Source: Minisyncoccota bacterium (GTDB lineage: Bacteria > Patescibacteriota > Minisyncoccia > Phycocordibacterales > XYD1-FULL-46-19). Taken from it: a DNA stretch of 64,000 bases. The translations under genes and the position numbers were made by a program. The notes under the pieces were generated by a model. It searched no databases. It was not told the origin of the DNA and was given only the letters and a program-made list of their open reading frames with translations. The stretch is from NCBI GenBank assembly GCA_041665625.1, contig JBAYIK010000003.1, positions 2,967 to 66,966 on the forward strand, given 5' to 3'. This document shows, in pieces, positions 47,909 to 57,866 of this stretch (its first letter is position 1; each line of letters starts with the position of its first letter).

Positions 47909-49183
47909 ATGATCGATACATTTCTAAACAAACTAAGACTCGTTTTTGAAGATCGCGGTCTGCGTAATCGGATTTTGTTTGTTGTTGCCGCGCTTTTTAT
48001 GTTCCGCTTAGGCGCCTCTATCCCTATCCCGGGCGTTAATGTTTTAGCTCTTGACCGTTTTCTCTCTGACAACCAATTCTTTGGGATGTTGAACATCTTT
48101 TCTGGTGGTGGTCTTTCTAACCTATCCATTATGATGTTAGGTGTTGGTCCTTATATTACCGCTTCGATTATTTTCCAGCTCCTTACCCTAGTTTTCCCTT
48201 CTCTAAAGCAGATGTACCATGAGGATGGCGCCGCTGGTCGTCGTAAGATTGCCCAGTATTCCCGTTATCTCACTGTTCCTCTTTGTGTCGTCCAGGGTTT
48301 GTCCTTGCTTGTTATGTTGGAGAAACAAGGCGTTTTAATGAATCTTACCTATTTCGATCGCATCCTTAACATTTTAGTTGTCACGGCTGGGTCAATGCTC
48401 TTGATGTGGATTGGTGAATTGATTACTGAGTACGGTATTGGTAACGGTGTTTCCCTCTTGATTTTTGCCGGTATCGTCTCAAGTCTTCCTTCTGTCCTTT
48501 CTCAGCTCTGGTTGACTGGTGATATGTCCAATATCCCAATGTACCTTGGCTTCGCTGTCTTGGCGGTGATCATCCTGGCCGCCATTGTCTTCATCACTGA
48601 AGCCGAACGGCCTATTCCTATTACCTATGCCAAACGAGTGCGGGGGATGAAGGTCTATGGTGGCACTTCTACTTATCTCCCTATTCGCGTTAATAATGCT
48701 GGTGTCATGCCAATTATCTTTGCCATTTCCATTATTCTCTTTCCTCAGATGATTGCTAATTATCTGGCCACTTCTAGCGTCGACTCGGTCAGAGTTGTCG
48801 CCGAAGCCGTCCTGGCTTTTATTAATAATGCTTGGGCCTATGGCATTTTCTACTTCCTCTTGGTAGTGGTCTTCACTTATTTCTATTCTGCCGTTACCTT
48901 TGACCCAGTTGCTATCTCTGAGAACTTGCAGAAGAATGGAGCCTTCATCCCCGGTGTTCGTCCTGGTCATTCCACCGCCCTTTATATTGGTAATATTTTG
49001 ACCCGTTTGACCCTAATTGGGTCTCTCTTCCTTGGTATTGTTGCTCTTTTGCCAATTCTTATCCAGAACATGACGGGGATTGCCTCGCTGGCTATTGGCG
49101 GAACGAGTCTCTTGATCGTCGTCTCAGTAGCGATTGAATTCGTCAAACAAATCAACGCTCAGATCTCAATGCGGGAGTATTAG
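47909..49183 (+). CDS. secY: Preprotein translocase subunit SecY
   Basis: LGVGPYITASII, GIGNGVSLLIFAGI, AGVMPIIFA, FIPGVRPG, GGTSLLIVV. Confidence 0.98.
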   Translation: MIDTFLNKLRLVFEDRGLRNRILFVVAALFMFRLGASIPIPGVNVLALDRFLSDNQFFGMLNIFSGGGLSNLSIMMLGVGPYITASIIFQLLTLVFPSLKQMYHEDGAAGRRKIAQYSRYLTVPLCVVQGLSLLVMLEKQGVLMNLTYFDRILNILVVTAGSMLLMWIGELITEYGIGNGVSLLIFAGIVSSLPSVLSQLWLTGDMSNIPMYLGFAVLAVIILAAIVFITEAERPIPITYAKRVRGMKVYGGTSTYLPIRVNNAGVMPIIFAISIILFPQMIANYLATSSVDSVRVVAEAVLAFINNAWAYGIFYFLLVVVFTYFYSAVTFDPVAISENLQKNGAFIPGVRPGHSTALYIGNILTRLTLIGSLFLGIVALLPILIQNMTGIASLAIGGTSLLIVVSVAIEFVKQINAQISMREY

Positions 49184-49239
49184 ACGCTCAGGTTGTTGCC
49201 TATAAAACCTAGAAAAATCCCCGGATGGGGTTTTTCTTT
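49181..49239 (+). terminator. Terminator after secY, degenerate relative of the repeated module
   Basis: TAGACGCTC...AAAACCTAGAAAAATCCCC-GGA-TGGGGTTTTTCTT. Confidence 0.65.
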
Positions 49240-49301
49240 TATTTTTATGCTCTGAAGAGGTATACTTAAGCTATCGGCTTATTAGCTAAGGATTTTTTCT
49301 T

Positions 49302-52300
49302 ATGAGTAAAAAGATTAAAATATACTTTCTCAGCGTTATTTTTTTGGTTTCAGCCTTCTTTTTAACTCTTCCATTGGCATCATCGGCTGCAACTTTTTGT
49401 GTGAGGCACGATGGCACTGCCACGTTCACTCGTTCTGTCAGTAATATTACTAGCGACGTGGCCCATGGTGGTTACGTCAAGGTCCAAACTAGTGGTGCTG
49501 TCGCTGTTCCGGCGGGGGACTATATTACTCTTAGGGGGGTTGGTACTACTGGTCAAGATATCAATGGTACCCACCAAGTTATATTTAATGATTCTGGAAC
49601 TCCTAATAGACTTTTAACAATTGATGTTCCCTATGTTAGTGGTACTGGTGTAACTGGTGGATATATATTACCCTCGGGCTCAACGACTGACAGTGCTGTC
49701 GGGTTAACTAATGATGCTGGTCATTGCTTGGGGCTAGTAGCGAGTTTTAATAATGCTCACGCCTCGACCCCTTTCCTCCCGGGTGACATCATTTACTTTG
49801 GAGGAGCTCTTAGTACCACCGCTCTTTATACCATCACAGATAGTGGTTCGGCGGGTAATCCTATCACGTTTACTTCTTTTCCTGGTGCTATGCCTGCAAT
49901 TGACAATACCGCAGGGGTAATTCTCAACATTACTTCTGGGGTTTCTTATATTAACATTAATAATTTTATTGGTACTACTACCTCTGCGGGTAGCCAAGCA
50001 GTAAAATTCAACGGTAATAATAGCTATGTCACTATTTCTAGCAGTACTTTAGCTGTTGGAGGAGGAAATACTGGGAGCATTATTCAGTCGAACGGAACTG
50101 ATGTTCACGACATTACAATTTCCGATATTGTCGGTAATGGAGGAGCTGTCTCTTTTGCCACTGGTTCTCCTCAAAGTATATATCTCAATAATGTTAATAT
50201 TACTGGTGGGACAAGTATGGCTTTTGACGGGGTGAGCTCCACAACTTTAATTAATGTTTCTCATGCTAGCACGACTGGCTTTGGTTTACAGATTTTGAAT
50301 GGTCTAGGTAAGTTGACCATTGATAATTATGTTGGAGGTTCTTCCACCGATAAAGGGGTTTATATCCTTAATTCGACTTTTGATTCTGGTAGCCAACTTA
50401 TCAATTCTTCCGTTTCTTTTTCTAGTAGTAGCGCCTATTACTTGAGCAATGTGGAAGGCTTGTCTCTATCAAACAATGTTTCCTCTGATGCGAAAGGCCA
50501 CGCTTTCGTGATTCTTGGGTCAAGGGACTTAAGTTTCACCTCTAACACTGTGAATGTCCCATCAAATTTCCCCGCTGGCTCCTATGGTTTTTATGTGGTG
50601 AGTTCTTCAGATAATATAAATTTTAGCTCTAATACTGTAAATAATGCTATTGGGGCTGGGGCCAGTTATTCCGTCGATGGCTCGTCGAACATCAGTTTCA
50701 ATGGAGATTCCGTCGGTCTTACCTCGACAACCACTTCATTTTCCATTTCTTCTTCAACGGGCGTTTCTCTTAGGAATATCAGTGTCTCTAATGGTGGTTC
50801 GATGGCTTTTTCGAGTAGCTCAGCTCTAACGATTGACAACGTCTCTAGTGTTGATTCCCTTGGTTATGGTATGACTATTGTAAATAGCGTGGGAACCACC
50901 TCAATTAATAATTTGAATATCAGCTCCTCAACTCTTGCTGGATTATATGTCGCGACTTCAACTTTCTCTGGTAGCACAAATAAAGTATCTAACTCTACTA
51001 TCTCTACGCCTGGTACTTATTCGTACTTTCTAGATAATGTTTCTGGTTTAAGTTTGGAGGACAACTCTTCTGTTAACCCTGTCAGTCATGCCTTTATTAT
51101 CTCTAGCTCCACAAATATTAGTCTTACTAGAAATACGGCTACTGGAGGAGCCAGGGGCATTACTTCAACAGTTGGCTACTATGTCATTTCCACCTCTAGT
51201 AATATTACCTTTAATTCCAATATCTCCAATAGTGCTCGATCATCAGGGTTCGTGGTTAAAGATGGGTCTAACAATATAACTTTTAATTCTGACCTTGCCG
51301 AGAATTCCGTTGATCTGACTGGCTTCAGTTTTTCAGAAAGTTCCAACCTTATAACATGTAATTCTTGTATCGCGAGGAATAATGGCGACGATGGTTTCTC
51401 AACCACGGATTTTGCACATGATATAACTTTCAATAAATGTTTGGCCTACGGTAATGGTTCCTCAACGGTTGATTCCAGCGGCGATGGTTTTACCTCACAT
51501 AAAGAAAATTACAATATCTTGATCAACAATTCGCTCGCTTATGACAACTGGGATTCTGGCTTCGGGATGTCTGGTAGTAGCACGAGCGTTAATAGCTCCG
51601 GCCGCATTTACAACTCCGTCGCTGCTACTACCCGAGGCGGATCACGTCAGATGGCTGGGATGCTCTTTAGCACCCAAGGTTTAAATTCAACAACAAATGA
51701 AGGTTGGACTGTTAAAAATAATATTGGTTACAAAAATAATAACAACACTGGACTTGGCTATACTCCTCATGAAATTGCCACTTTTAATAGCACGGCCCTA
51801 TCTTCTGGCCGTGTCGCCCTTGATTACAATGTTTATAAGCCCTTAAGTGACGATACTTTCTCAATGGTCGGCGTTGCCCCGTCACCTTTTGTCTCTAAGA
51901 CTTGGGCCGAGCACTCAGTTTATGAACCTCACAGCGTTAATGCGAGCACCAGCCAAATCTTTGTTAGTGCTTCACCTTCAACCACGACCGACTTCCGATT
52001 AGCTGATCTTTCTCCCGCCATCGACGCTGGCGATTCCTCCATCGTCACTTCCACCACCACTGATTATCTCGGCAACCCACTCTATGGTGCTCCAGACGCT
52101 GGTGCCTTCGAATATCAGCCCACTCTGACCATTACCACCACTGACCCTCAATATACGGGCAATATCCGTATTTACGCTGACGGCAAGTATCGTTATACCT
52201 CGGCCACTTCTAGTGCCACCAGCGCCAACTTCTTAGTCACCCCCGTTAGCGGTTCTTACACCAGTTACGGTGCCTCCACCACCCGCCCAGAGTATCTAAA

Positions 52301-52976
52301 CGTCACCTTCAATACCTGGGAGACCACTGGCAGCCAGAACAAGAGTTGGACGGCTTCTTCCTCTATGGCTGGCGACACCACTTATACCATCGGTGACCTT
52401 GTTCCTAATACTCCCTACACTTTCAAACTAGACGGCACCGCCAACACTGCCATCACTAGCTCAGCCTGCTCTGGCTCAACCTGTACCTCAGACTCTGCTG
52501 GCCAAATCGTCTTCACCTATACGGGTGGCTATTCCACTCACACCTTCGAATTAGTTAATGCTACCGTTCCGGCCACGGAGACAGCCCCTGTTCATCGTTC
52601 CTCTGGTGGAACTGTCGCCAATCAGATCTCCAACTTAATTTCAATGGGAAATCTTGAATTAGCCAATGAACTTAGTGCCAAATACAATTTAGGAACTTCT
52701 TCTGCCGCCAAAGCTTCTTCAACCCTTCGTTATTCTTTTACTCGTAATCTAAAAACTGGCTCAACAGGCTCTGATGTTAAATTGTTGCAACAATTCTTAA
52801 ATACCCACGGCTTTATTCTGGCCAAGTCTGGAGCTGGGTCACCAGGGAGAGAGACGAGTTATTTTGGTCAAGCTACAAGAAACGCCTTAATCAGATTCCA
52901 AAAGGCTAACAAAATTACTCCCGCAGTCGGCTACTTTGGGCCGGTGACGAGGGGGGTGGTGGAAAGAATTAAATAG
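49302..52976 (+). CDS. Large secreted parallel beta-helix protein with C-terminal peptidoglycan-binding domain, inserted between secY and adk
   Basis: Signal peptide; many xxNxxFxxN/GF beta-helix turns; DFRL...SPAIDAG...D.GAFEY; FTRNLKTGSTGSDVKLLQQFLN...YFGQATRNALIRFQ...GYFGPVTR. Confidence 0.88.
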   Translation: MSKKIKIYFLSVIFLVSAFFLTLPLASSAATFCVRHDGTATFTRSVSNITSDVAHGGYVKVQTSGAVAVPAGDYITLRGVGTTGQDINGTHQVIFNDSGTPNRLLTIDVPYVSGTGVTGGYILPSGSTTDSAVGLTNDAGHCLGLVASFNNAHASTPFLPGDIIYFGGALSTTALYTITDSGSAGNPITFTSFPGAMPAIDNTAGVILNITSGVSYININNFIGTTTSAGSQAVKFNGNNSYVTISSSTLAVGGGNTGSIIQSNGTDVHDITISDIVGNGGAVSFATGSPQSIYLNNVNITGGTSMAFDGVSSTTLINVSHASTTGFGLQILNGLGKLTIDNYVGGSSTDKGVYILNSTFDSGSQLINSSVSFSSSSAYYLSNVEGLSLSNNVSSDAKGHAFVILGSRDLSFTSNTVNVPSNFPAGSYGFYVVSSSDNINFSSNTVNNAIGAGASYSVDGSSNISFNGDSVGLTSTTTSFSISSSTGVSLRNISVSNGGSMAFSSSSALTIDNVSSVDSLGYGMTIVNSVGTTSINNLNISSSTLAGLYVATSTFSGSTNKVSNSTISTPGTYSYFLDNVSGLSLEDNSSVNPVSHAFIISSSTNISLTRNTATGGARGITSTVGYYVISTSSNITFNSNISNSARSSGFVVKDGSNNITFNSDLAENSVDLTGFSFSESSNLITCNSCIARNNGDDGFSTTDFAHDITFNKCLAYGNGSSTVDSSGDGFTSHKENYNILINNSLAYDNWDSGFGMSGSSTSVNSSGRIYNSVAATTRGGSRQMAGMLFSTQGLNSTTNEGWTVKNNIGYKNNNNTGLGYTPHEIATFNSTALSSGRVALDYNVYKPLSDDTFSMVGVAPSPFVSKTWAEHSVYEPHSVNASTSQIFVSASPSTTTDFRLADLSPAIDAGDSSIVTSTTTDYLGNPLYGAPDAGAFEYQPTLTITTTDPQYTGNIRIYADGKYRYTSATSSATSANFLVTPVSGSYTSYGASTTRPEYLNVTFNTWETTGSQNKSWTASSSMAGDTTYTIGDLVPNTPYTFKLDGTANTAITSSACSGSTCTSDSAGQIVFTYTGGYSTHTFELVNATVPATETAPVHRSSGGTVANQISNLISMGNLELANELSAKYNLGTSSAAKASSTLRYSFTRNLKTGSTGSDVKLLQQFLNTHGFILAKSGAGSPGRETSYFGQATRNALIRFQKANKITPAVGYFGPVTRGVVERIK

Positions 52977-53015
52977 TTTTGCTTTTAGGGTAACTTTGGG
53001 CTAAAATTGAAGGAT

Positions 53016-53636
53016 ATGGAAAATAATCAAGAAGGCTCTGGTCTCAAGACCTTTATTTTTATTGGTCGTTCGGGCTGTGGCAAGGGGACGCAAGTTGAAC
53101 AGTTGGCCGAGCACTTAAAAGGGAAGGGGATCATCAATAGTGACCATGCTTGGTTGCGGGTGGAAACTGGTGCCCAGTTTAGGAAATTTGCCGAGAGAGA
53201 TAATTATTCAGCTTGCAAATTGAAGGAGTCCATGGAGAGTGGTAATCGTTTACCTGATTGTTTTGCTATTTGGACTTGGTGTAATTACTTTATTGAAAAT
53301 TATACTGGCGAGGAACACATCTTCTGTGATGGTTGCCCTCGTTCTTTGCTCGAAGCACAATCTTTAGATTTTCTTTTTAGATTTTATAATCGTAAAGAGT
53401 TGTCTGTTGTTTATCTTGATATCTCTAAAGAGGAGGCGACAAGGCGAATGCTCGCTCGGGGGAGGGCCGATGATCAGCTTGAAGATATCGAAAAACGATT
53501 AGAGTGGTTTGACAAGGACGTTGTCCCGGCGATTGAATATTACCGTAACAATTCTAAATATAAGTTTGTCGAGGTTGATGGAGAGCAGACAATTGAGAAA
53601 ATTCACGAAGACCTGATTTCAATGCTGGATGTTTAG
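53016..53636 (+). CDS. adk: Adenylate/nucleoside monophosphate kinase
   Basis: GRSGCGKGTQ, ETG..FR, DGCPR, RGRADD; located between secY and map. Confidence 0.88.
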   Translation: MENNQEGSGLKTFIFIGRSGCGKGTQVEQLAEHLKGKGIINSDHAWLRVETGAQFRKFAERDNYSACKLKESMESGNRLPDCFAIWTWCNYFIENYTGEEHIFCDGCPRSLLEAQSLDFLFRFYNRKELSVVYLDISKEEATRRMLARGRADDQLEDIEKRLEWFDKDVVPAIEYYRNNSKYKFVEVDGEQTIEKIHEDLISMLDV

Positions 53637-53726
53637 AATTACGTGTCCCGTTAAAATTTCTAAAGATAGATAACGGGAAGAAATAAGGTAAAACAATAAA
53701 TTATAGAAGAATTAAATTTTAATGGG

Positions 53727-54491
53727 ATGATTAAACTAAAGACCCAAGAAGAAATCGCAATCTTGAAGGAGGGCGGGCGACGCTTAGCTGTTATTCTTGA
53801 TGCGGTTAGGGCTAAAGTGGCCCCCGGGGTTAAAACTATCGAGCTAGAAAATTTGACGAGGAAATTAATAAAAGAGGGCGGCGATCAGCCGGCCTTCTTG
53901 GGTTATAAGCCCCATGGTGCCCCACGACCTTACCCAGCGGCTCTCTGTGTCTCTATTAATAATGAGATTGTTCATGGTTTGCCAGGTGAGAGGGTTCTCA
54001 AAGAAGGGGATATTGTTGGTTTGGATTCTGGCCTTGTCCATGAAGGTCTCTATACTGATATGGCTATCACTGTGCCTGTGGGCAAGATCTCCCGAGAGGC
54101 TGAGAAGATGATTAGGACGGCCGAAGAAGCACTTGAAGCTGGCATTTGGGCGGCCGTGCCTGGTAAAAAAGTTGGCGACATTAGTCTCGCCATTGAGAAG
54201 GTAATTAAGAGCGCCGGCTTTAATGTCGTTCGTGAATTAGCCGGTCATGGTGTTGGTTACTCACCTCACGAAGATCCTTTTGTCCCTAATTATGGTAAAG
54301 CTGGTACTGGCCCCGAACTTATCCCTGGGCTGGTGATTGCGATTGAACCAATGGTGACGAGTGGCTCAGGCGATATTGATGTCGCTCCCGATGAATTCAC
54401 TTTTGTCACCTCTGATGGGCACTTAGCCACTCATGCGGAGAAGACAATAGTTATTACTGAGACGGGGGCAGAAATTATTACAAAATTATAA
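53727..54491 (+). CDS. map: Methionine aminopeptidase type I
   Basis: CVSINNEIVHGLP, GHGVG..HEDP, AIEPM, HAEKT. Confidence 0.97.
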   Translation: MIKLKTQEEIAILKEGGRRLAVILDAVRAKVAPGVKTIELENLTRKLIKEGGDQPAFLGYKPHGAPRPYPAALCVSINNEIVHGLPGERVLKEGDIVGLDSGLVHEGLYTDMAITVPVGKISREAEKMIRTAEEALEAGIWAAVPGKKVGDISLAIEKVIKSAGFNVVRELAGHGVGYSPHEDPFVPNYGKAGTGPELIPGLVIAIEPMVTSGSGDIDVAPDEFTFVTSDGHLATHAEKTIVITETGAEIITKL

Positions 54492-54514
54492 TTATTAAGT
54501 AATTACAAAATATT

Positions 54515-55102
54515 ATGGCTCATCCAAAAGAAGAGAGAACCTATATAATGATTAAGCCCGATGGTGTGCGCAAGGGTTTGATTGGTGAGATTATCAAACG
54601 TATCGAACAGCGTGACCTTAAAGTTGTCGCCCTGGAGATGTTTATGCCGACTCTTGAACAGATTGACGACCATTATCCAAAGGATGAGGCTTGGATTAAG
54701 CGCTTAGGGACTAAGACCATGAGTAATTACAACAAATATGGTTTTGACCCCATTGCTGAGGTTGGGACAGCTGATGAGTTTGAGATTGGCAAGAAGGTCC
54801 GGGGTTGGTTGCTAGATTATATGACCTCGGCCCCCTTAGTTAAGATGGTGGTGCAGGGTGTGCACGCTGTGGATGTTATTCGCAAAATTGCTGGCCCAAC
54901 TATTCCCTCGACAGCTGAATTGGGGACCATTCGTGGTGACTTCTCGATTGATTCTCCCGTCTTAGCTAATAAAGAAAAGCGCGCCGTGATGAACCTTGTC
55001 CATGCTTCTGAGACACCTGAAGAGGCTCTTCATGAGATTGAGCATTGGTTTGGTAAAGAGGCCTCTATTTGTGACTACAAACGTTTTGGGGTGGACGAAT
55101 AA
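54515..55102 (+). CDS. ndk: Nucleoside diphosphate kinase
   Basis: ERTYIMIKPDGV, GTIRGDF, NLVHASE. Confidence 0.95.
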   Translation: MAHPKEERTYIMIKPDGVRKGLIGEIIKRIEQRDLKVVALEMFMPTLEQIDDHYPKDEAWIKRLGTKTMSNYNKYGFDPIAEVGTADEFEIGKKVRGWLLDYMTSAPLVKMVVQGVHAVDVIRKIAGPTIPSTAELGTIRGDFSIDSPVLANKEKRAVMNLVHASETPEEALHEIEHWFGKEASICDYKRFGVDE

Positions 55103-55153
55103 TCCACTATTTATTATAGTGGACAGCCTATGAAGTTAGATTATAATAAAATT

Positions 55154-55320
55154 AGGTTGTTTAGATAATATTCTTAGTACAATTTTAAATATCAGGGAGC
55201 TCAAATTGCGATTGGCCGTGGTCAACTCGTTGCGGGCACCCACCTAGAATACTCTAGGGATATCTATACTAAGCAACCAACAAAATGACTCCCTGGCGCA
55301 AGCCTGGGGTCGTTTTGTTT
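55154..55320 (+). ncRNA. Candidate 6S RNA (rod-shaped RNA with central bubble, own promoter and terminator)
   Basis: TATAAT at 55142-55147; closing stem 55155-55177 with about 55254-55278; central bubble; apical stem 55195-55241; terminator 55279-55320. Folded by eye only. Confidence 0.6.
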
Positions 55321-55372
55321 CTGGTTTTTATCAACTGGCGCCATTTTAGCCAGTTGGTATAATGATAGTACC

Positions 55373-55816
55373 GTGAAGTTTAAGAAGTTTTTTAGCTTGA
55401 GTGTCTGTCTCTTGGTTGCGATTACTGTTCTGGACTTTCTTGCCTTTAAGAACTTCTGGTACTGGCGTTGGCCTTGGTTTGATAAACCGATGCACTTCAT
55501 GGGCGGTCTCTTGGCCGGTCTCGTGGCCATTCAGCTCTTTTTATACTTTAGACGGCGACACTTAAGAGATGTTTCTGGTTTGGACTTCGCCTTAGTAAGT
55601 TTATTGGCCGCTGTCGTCATTGGGGGTTTGTGGGAAGTTCTTGAGTTTACCGCTGACAAGTTCTATGTCGCCCATGTTGAGCTTAAGACACTAGATATGC
55701 TTTATAACGGCTGGCAAGGTTCGCTCAAAGATCTTTTATTCGATTTAATTGGCTCGGTGGTCGCAACAATTTTATTCTTAATCTCATTTATATGGCAGAA
55801 CAAAAAAGCACGATAA
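55373..55816 (+). CDS. Integral membrane protein (D..MH...G / LWE..E / D...D motif family, VanZ/DUF2238-like)
   Basis: WFDKPMHFMGG, GGLWEVLEF, DLLFDLIG; four TM helices. Confidence 0.7.
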   Translation: MKFKKFFSLSVCLLVAITVLDFLAFKNFWYWRWPWFDKPMHFMGGLLAGLVAIQLFLYFRRRHLRDVSGLDFALVSLLAAVVIGGLWEVLEFTADKFYVAHVELKTLDMLYNGWQGSLKDLLFDLIGSVVATILFLISFIWQNKKAR

Positions 55817-57165
55817 CTTTTTACGGGGGAGTAGGGGAAGTGACAGGGGCAAATTTCCTCTTTAAGGATGGTCCATCGGGGCTCTCTATTCTGGTGGATT
55901 GTGGCCTCTTCCAAGGAGTTAAGGCTTTTGATGATAAAAATATTGAAGCTTTTGCCTATGACCCTAAAACCATTGATTATTTGTTTGTCACCCATGCCCA
56001 CCTTGATCATATTGGCCGTATTCCTAAACTAGTTAAAGATGGGTTCAATGGCGTTATCTATTCGACGGCTCCCACTAAAGAGATTGCCGAGATTGCTTTA
56101 GCTGACAGCCTTAACCTTTTCAAAAAAGAAAATGAAGATAAAGAGCCGTTCTTTAGTACGGCTGACATTACCAAATCAATGGAGCTGTGGAAGACGGCCG
56201 AATATCACGAGACGATTAATCTAAAAGAAGGGTTGAGGGTGAGCCTTAAGGATGCCGGCCATATTTTAGGTTCCACAATGTTTGAATTTGCTCGAGGCGA
56301 GAATAAACTTGTTTTTACTGGCGACCTTGGTAATTCCCCCTCGCCTTTGCTCTACGACACTGAATCTATCAAGGGGGCCAATTACCTGGTTATGGAGAGT
56401 GTCTATGGCGACCGTAATCATGAAGACCGGTCTGAACGAAGGAATCTCTTAGAGGATGCCATTGAAGATACGATGCGCGCTGGTGGGACTCTTATGATCC
56501 CGGCTTTCTCAATTGAGCGTACACAGGAGATCCTTTATGAAATTGAAAATATGATTGAAGAGTCTCGCATTCCTTTGGCCCCAGTGTTTCTTGACTCACC
56601 AATGGGTATTCGGGTAACTGATATTTATAAGAAATATGCGAGATTTCTAAATGAGGGTGTTCGGCAGCAAGTAGAGGAGAGTGGTGATAGTATATTCCGC
56701 TTTGCCCAGCTCCATGAGACCTTAAGCACCGATGAGTCCAAGGCCATTTTCCAAGCCAACCCTAAGAAAATTATTCTAGCTGGTTCGGGAATGTCGACAG
56801 GCGGGCGCATTCTCCATCACGAAAAGAATTACCTCTCTGACCCGCGGAGCACCTTGCTCTTGGTTGGCTACCAACAGATGGGGAGTCTCGGGCGTTTGAT
56901 CCAAGATGGAGTTAAGACTGTTAAAATTATGGGGCAAGAGATTGCCGTTCGCTCTCAGGTTAGGGTTATTCACGGCTATTCGGCCCACAAAGATTCTGAT
57001 CATCTCTTAGAGTTTGTTGATGACACCAAGGATACACTTAAAAAAGTTTTTGTCGTTATGGGGGAAACTAAGGCGGCGATGTTCTTGTCTCAGCGAATTC
57101 GAGATTATCTTGGCGTCTTAGCTAAGGCTCCCGAAGCGGCTGAGGTGGCCGAGATAGATTTATAA
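55792..57165 (+). CDS. MBL-fold beta-CASP ribonuclease
   Basis: VDCGLFQG, THAHLDHIG, AGHILGS, TGDLG, MESVYG, GSGM..GGRILHH, YSAH.D. Confidence 0.93.
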   Translation: MAEQKSTITFYGGVGEVTGANFLFKDGPSGLSILVDCGLFQGVKAFDDKNIEAFAYDPKTIDYLFVTHAHLDHIGRIPKLVKDGFNGVIYSTAPTKEIAEIALADSLNLFKKENEDKEPFFSTADITKSMELWKTAEYHETINLKEGLRVSLKDAGHILGSTMFEFARGENKLVFTGDLGNSPSPLLYDTESIKGANYLVMESVYGDRNHEDRSERRNLLEDAIEDTMRAGGTLMIPAFSIERTQEILYEIENMIEESRIPLAPVFLDSPMGIRVTDIYKKYARFLNEGVRQQVEESGDSIFRFAQLHETLSTDESKAIFQANPKKIILAGSGMSTGGRILHHEKNYLSDPRSTLLLVGYQQMGSLGRLIQDGVKTVKIMGQEIAVRSQVRVIHGYSAHKDSDHLLEFVDDTKDTLKKVFVVMGETKAAMFLSQRIRDYLGVLAKAPEAAEVAEIDL

Positions 57166-57200
57166 TAATTAATAACTAGGCATTAATTTAGAAAAATATT

Positions 57201-57848
57201 ATGGACAACGAAAAATTAGAGGAAATGCGCAATGAGCACCATAAGATTAAGATCTGTGTCTCGGGTGCCGCTGATACAACTTATTGTGGTAAGGACGGTT
57301 TAGAAATTGCTAAGGAACTTGGCCGAGAAATTGTCCGCCAAGGCTGTGTTATCGTCACTGGGGCGACTACTGGTTGGCCTCTCTGGTCAGCGATGGGGGC
57401 CAAAGAAGAAGGTGGGACATCTATTGGCCTTTCTCCAGCAGCGACAGAGAAAGAACATGTTGAAGAATGGGGTCTGCCTCTAGATTTTTTGGATACTATT
57501 ATTTATACCGGACAGGGCTTCCCGGGGCGCGATATTTTGCTTACCCGCACCACTGATGCGGTTATTCTTGGCTGTGGCCGCATCGGGACTATCCATGAAT
57601 TTACAGTGGCCTTTGAGGACAACAAGCCCATTGGTATCTTAGAGGGTGACTGGGAAATGGATGAAACACTAAAGGGGATTATTGAGCATGGTCATCGTCC
57701 TAATCCAAAAATTGTTTTTGATAAAGACCCTAAGGAACTTATCGCTCGTATTATCAAGTTGGTCGAGAAAGATAAAGAGGGTGTAGAGAAGGATAGTTTA
57801 TTAAAGGCTGTTAAAGCACAAGAGAAAGACGGCGGCATTAGAGGTTAA
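57201..57848 (+). CDS. LOG/DprA-like Rossmann-fold protein
   Basis: LGREI..G..IVTGATTG, GA...GG.SIGLSP, GRIGTIHE. Confidence 0.8.
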   Translation: MDNEKLEEMRNEHHKIKICVSGAADTTYCGKDGLEIAKELGREIVRQGCVIVTGATTGWPLWSAMGAKEEGGTSIGLSPAATEKEHVEEWGLPLDFLDTIIYTGQGFPGRDILLTRTTDAVILGCGRIGTIHEFTVAFEDNKPIGILEGDWEMDETLKGIIEHGHRPNPKIVFDKDPKELIARIIKLVEKDKEGVEKDSLLKAVKAQEKDGGIRG

Positions 57849-57866
57849 TTATTTATAAAATTATTT

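Noticed and set aside
28660-48970. Numerous antisense and alternative-frame ORFs over ribosomal, fusA, tuf and secY genes
   Set aside because: Shadows caused by codon bias in highly expressed genes; no motifs or expression signals
17982-49239. Integron attC sites or a CRISPR array made of the repeated terminator module
   Set aside because: Copies are kilobases apart and lack RYYYAAC/GTTRRRY ends; no integrase, cas genes or regular spacers
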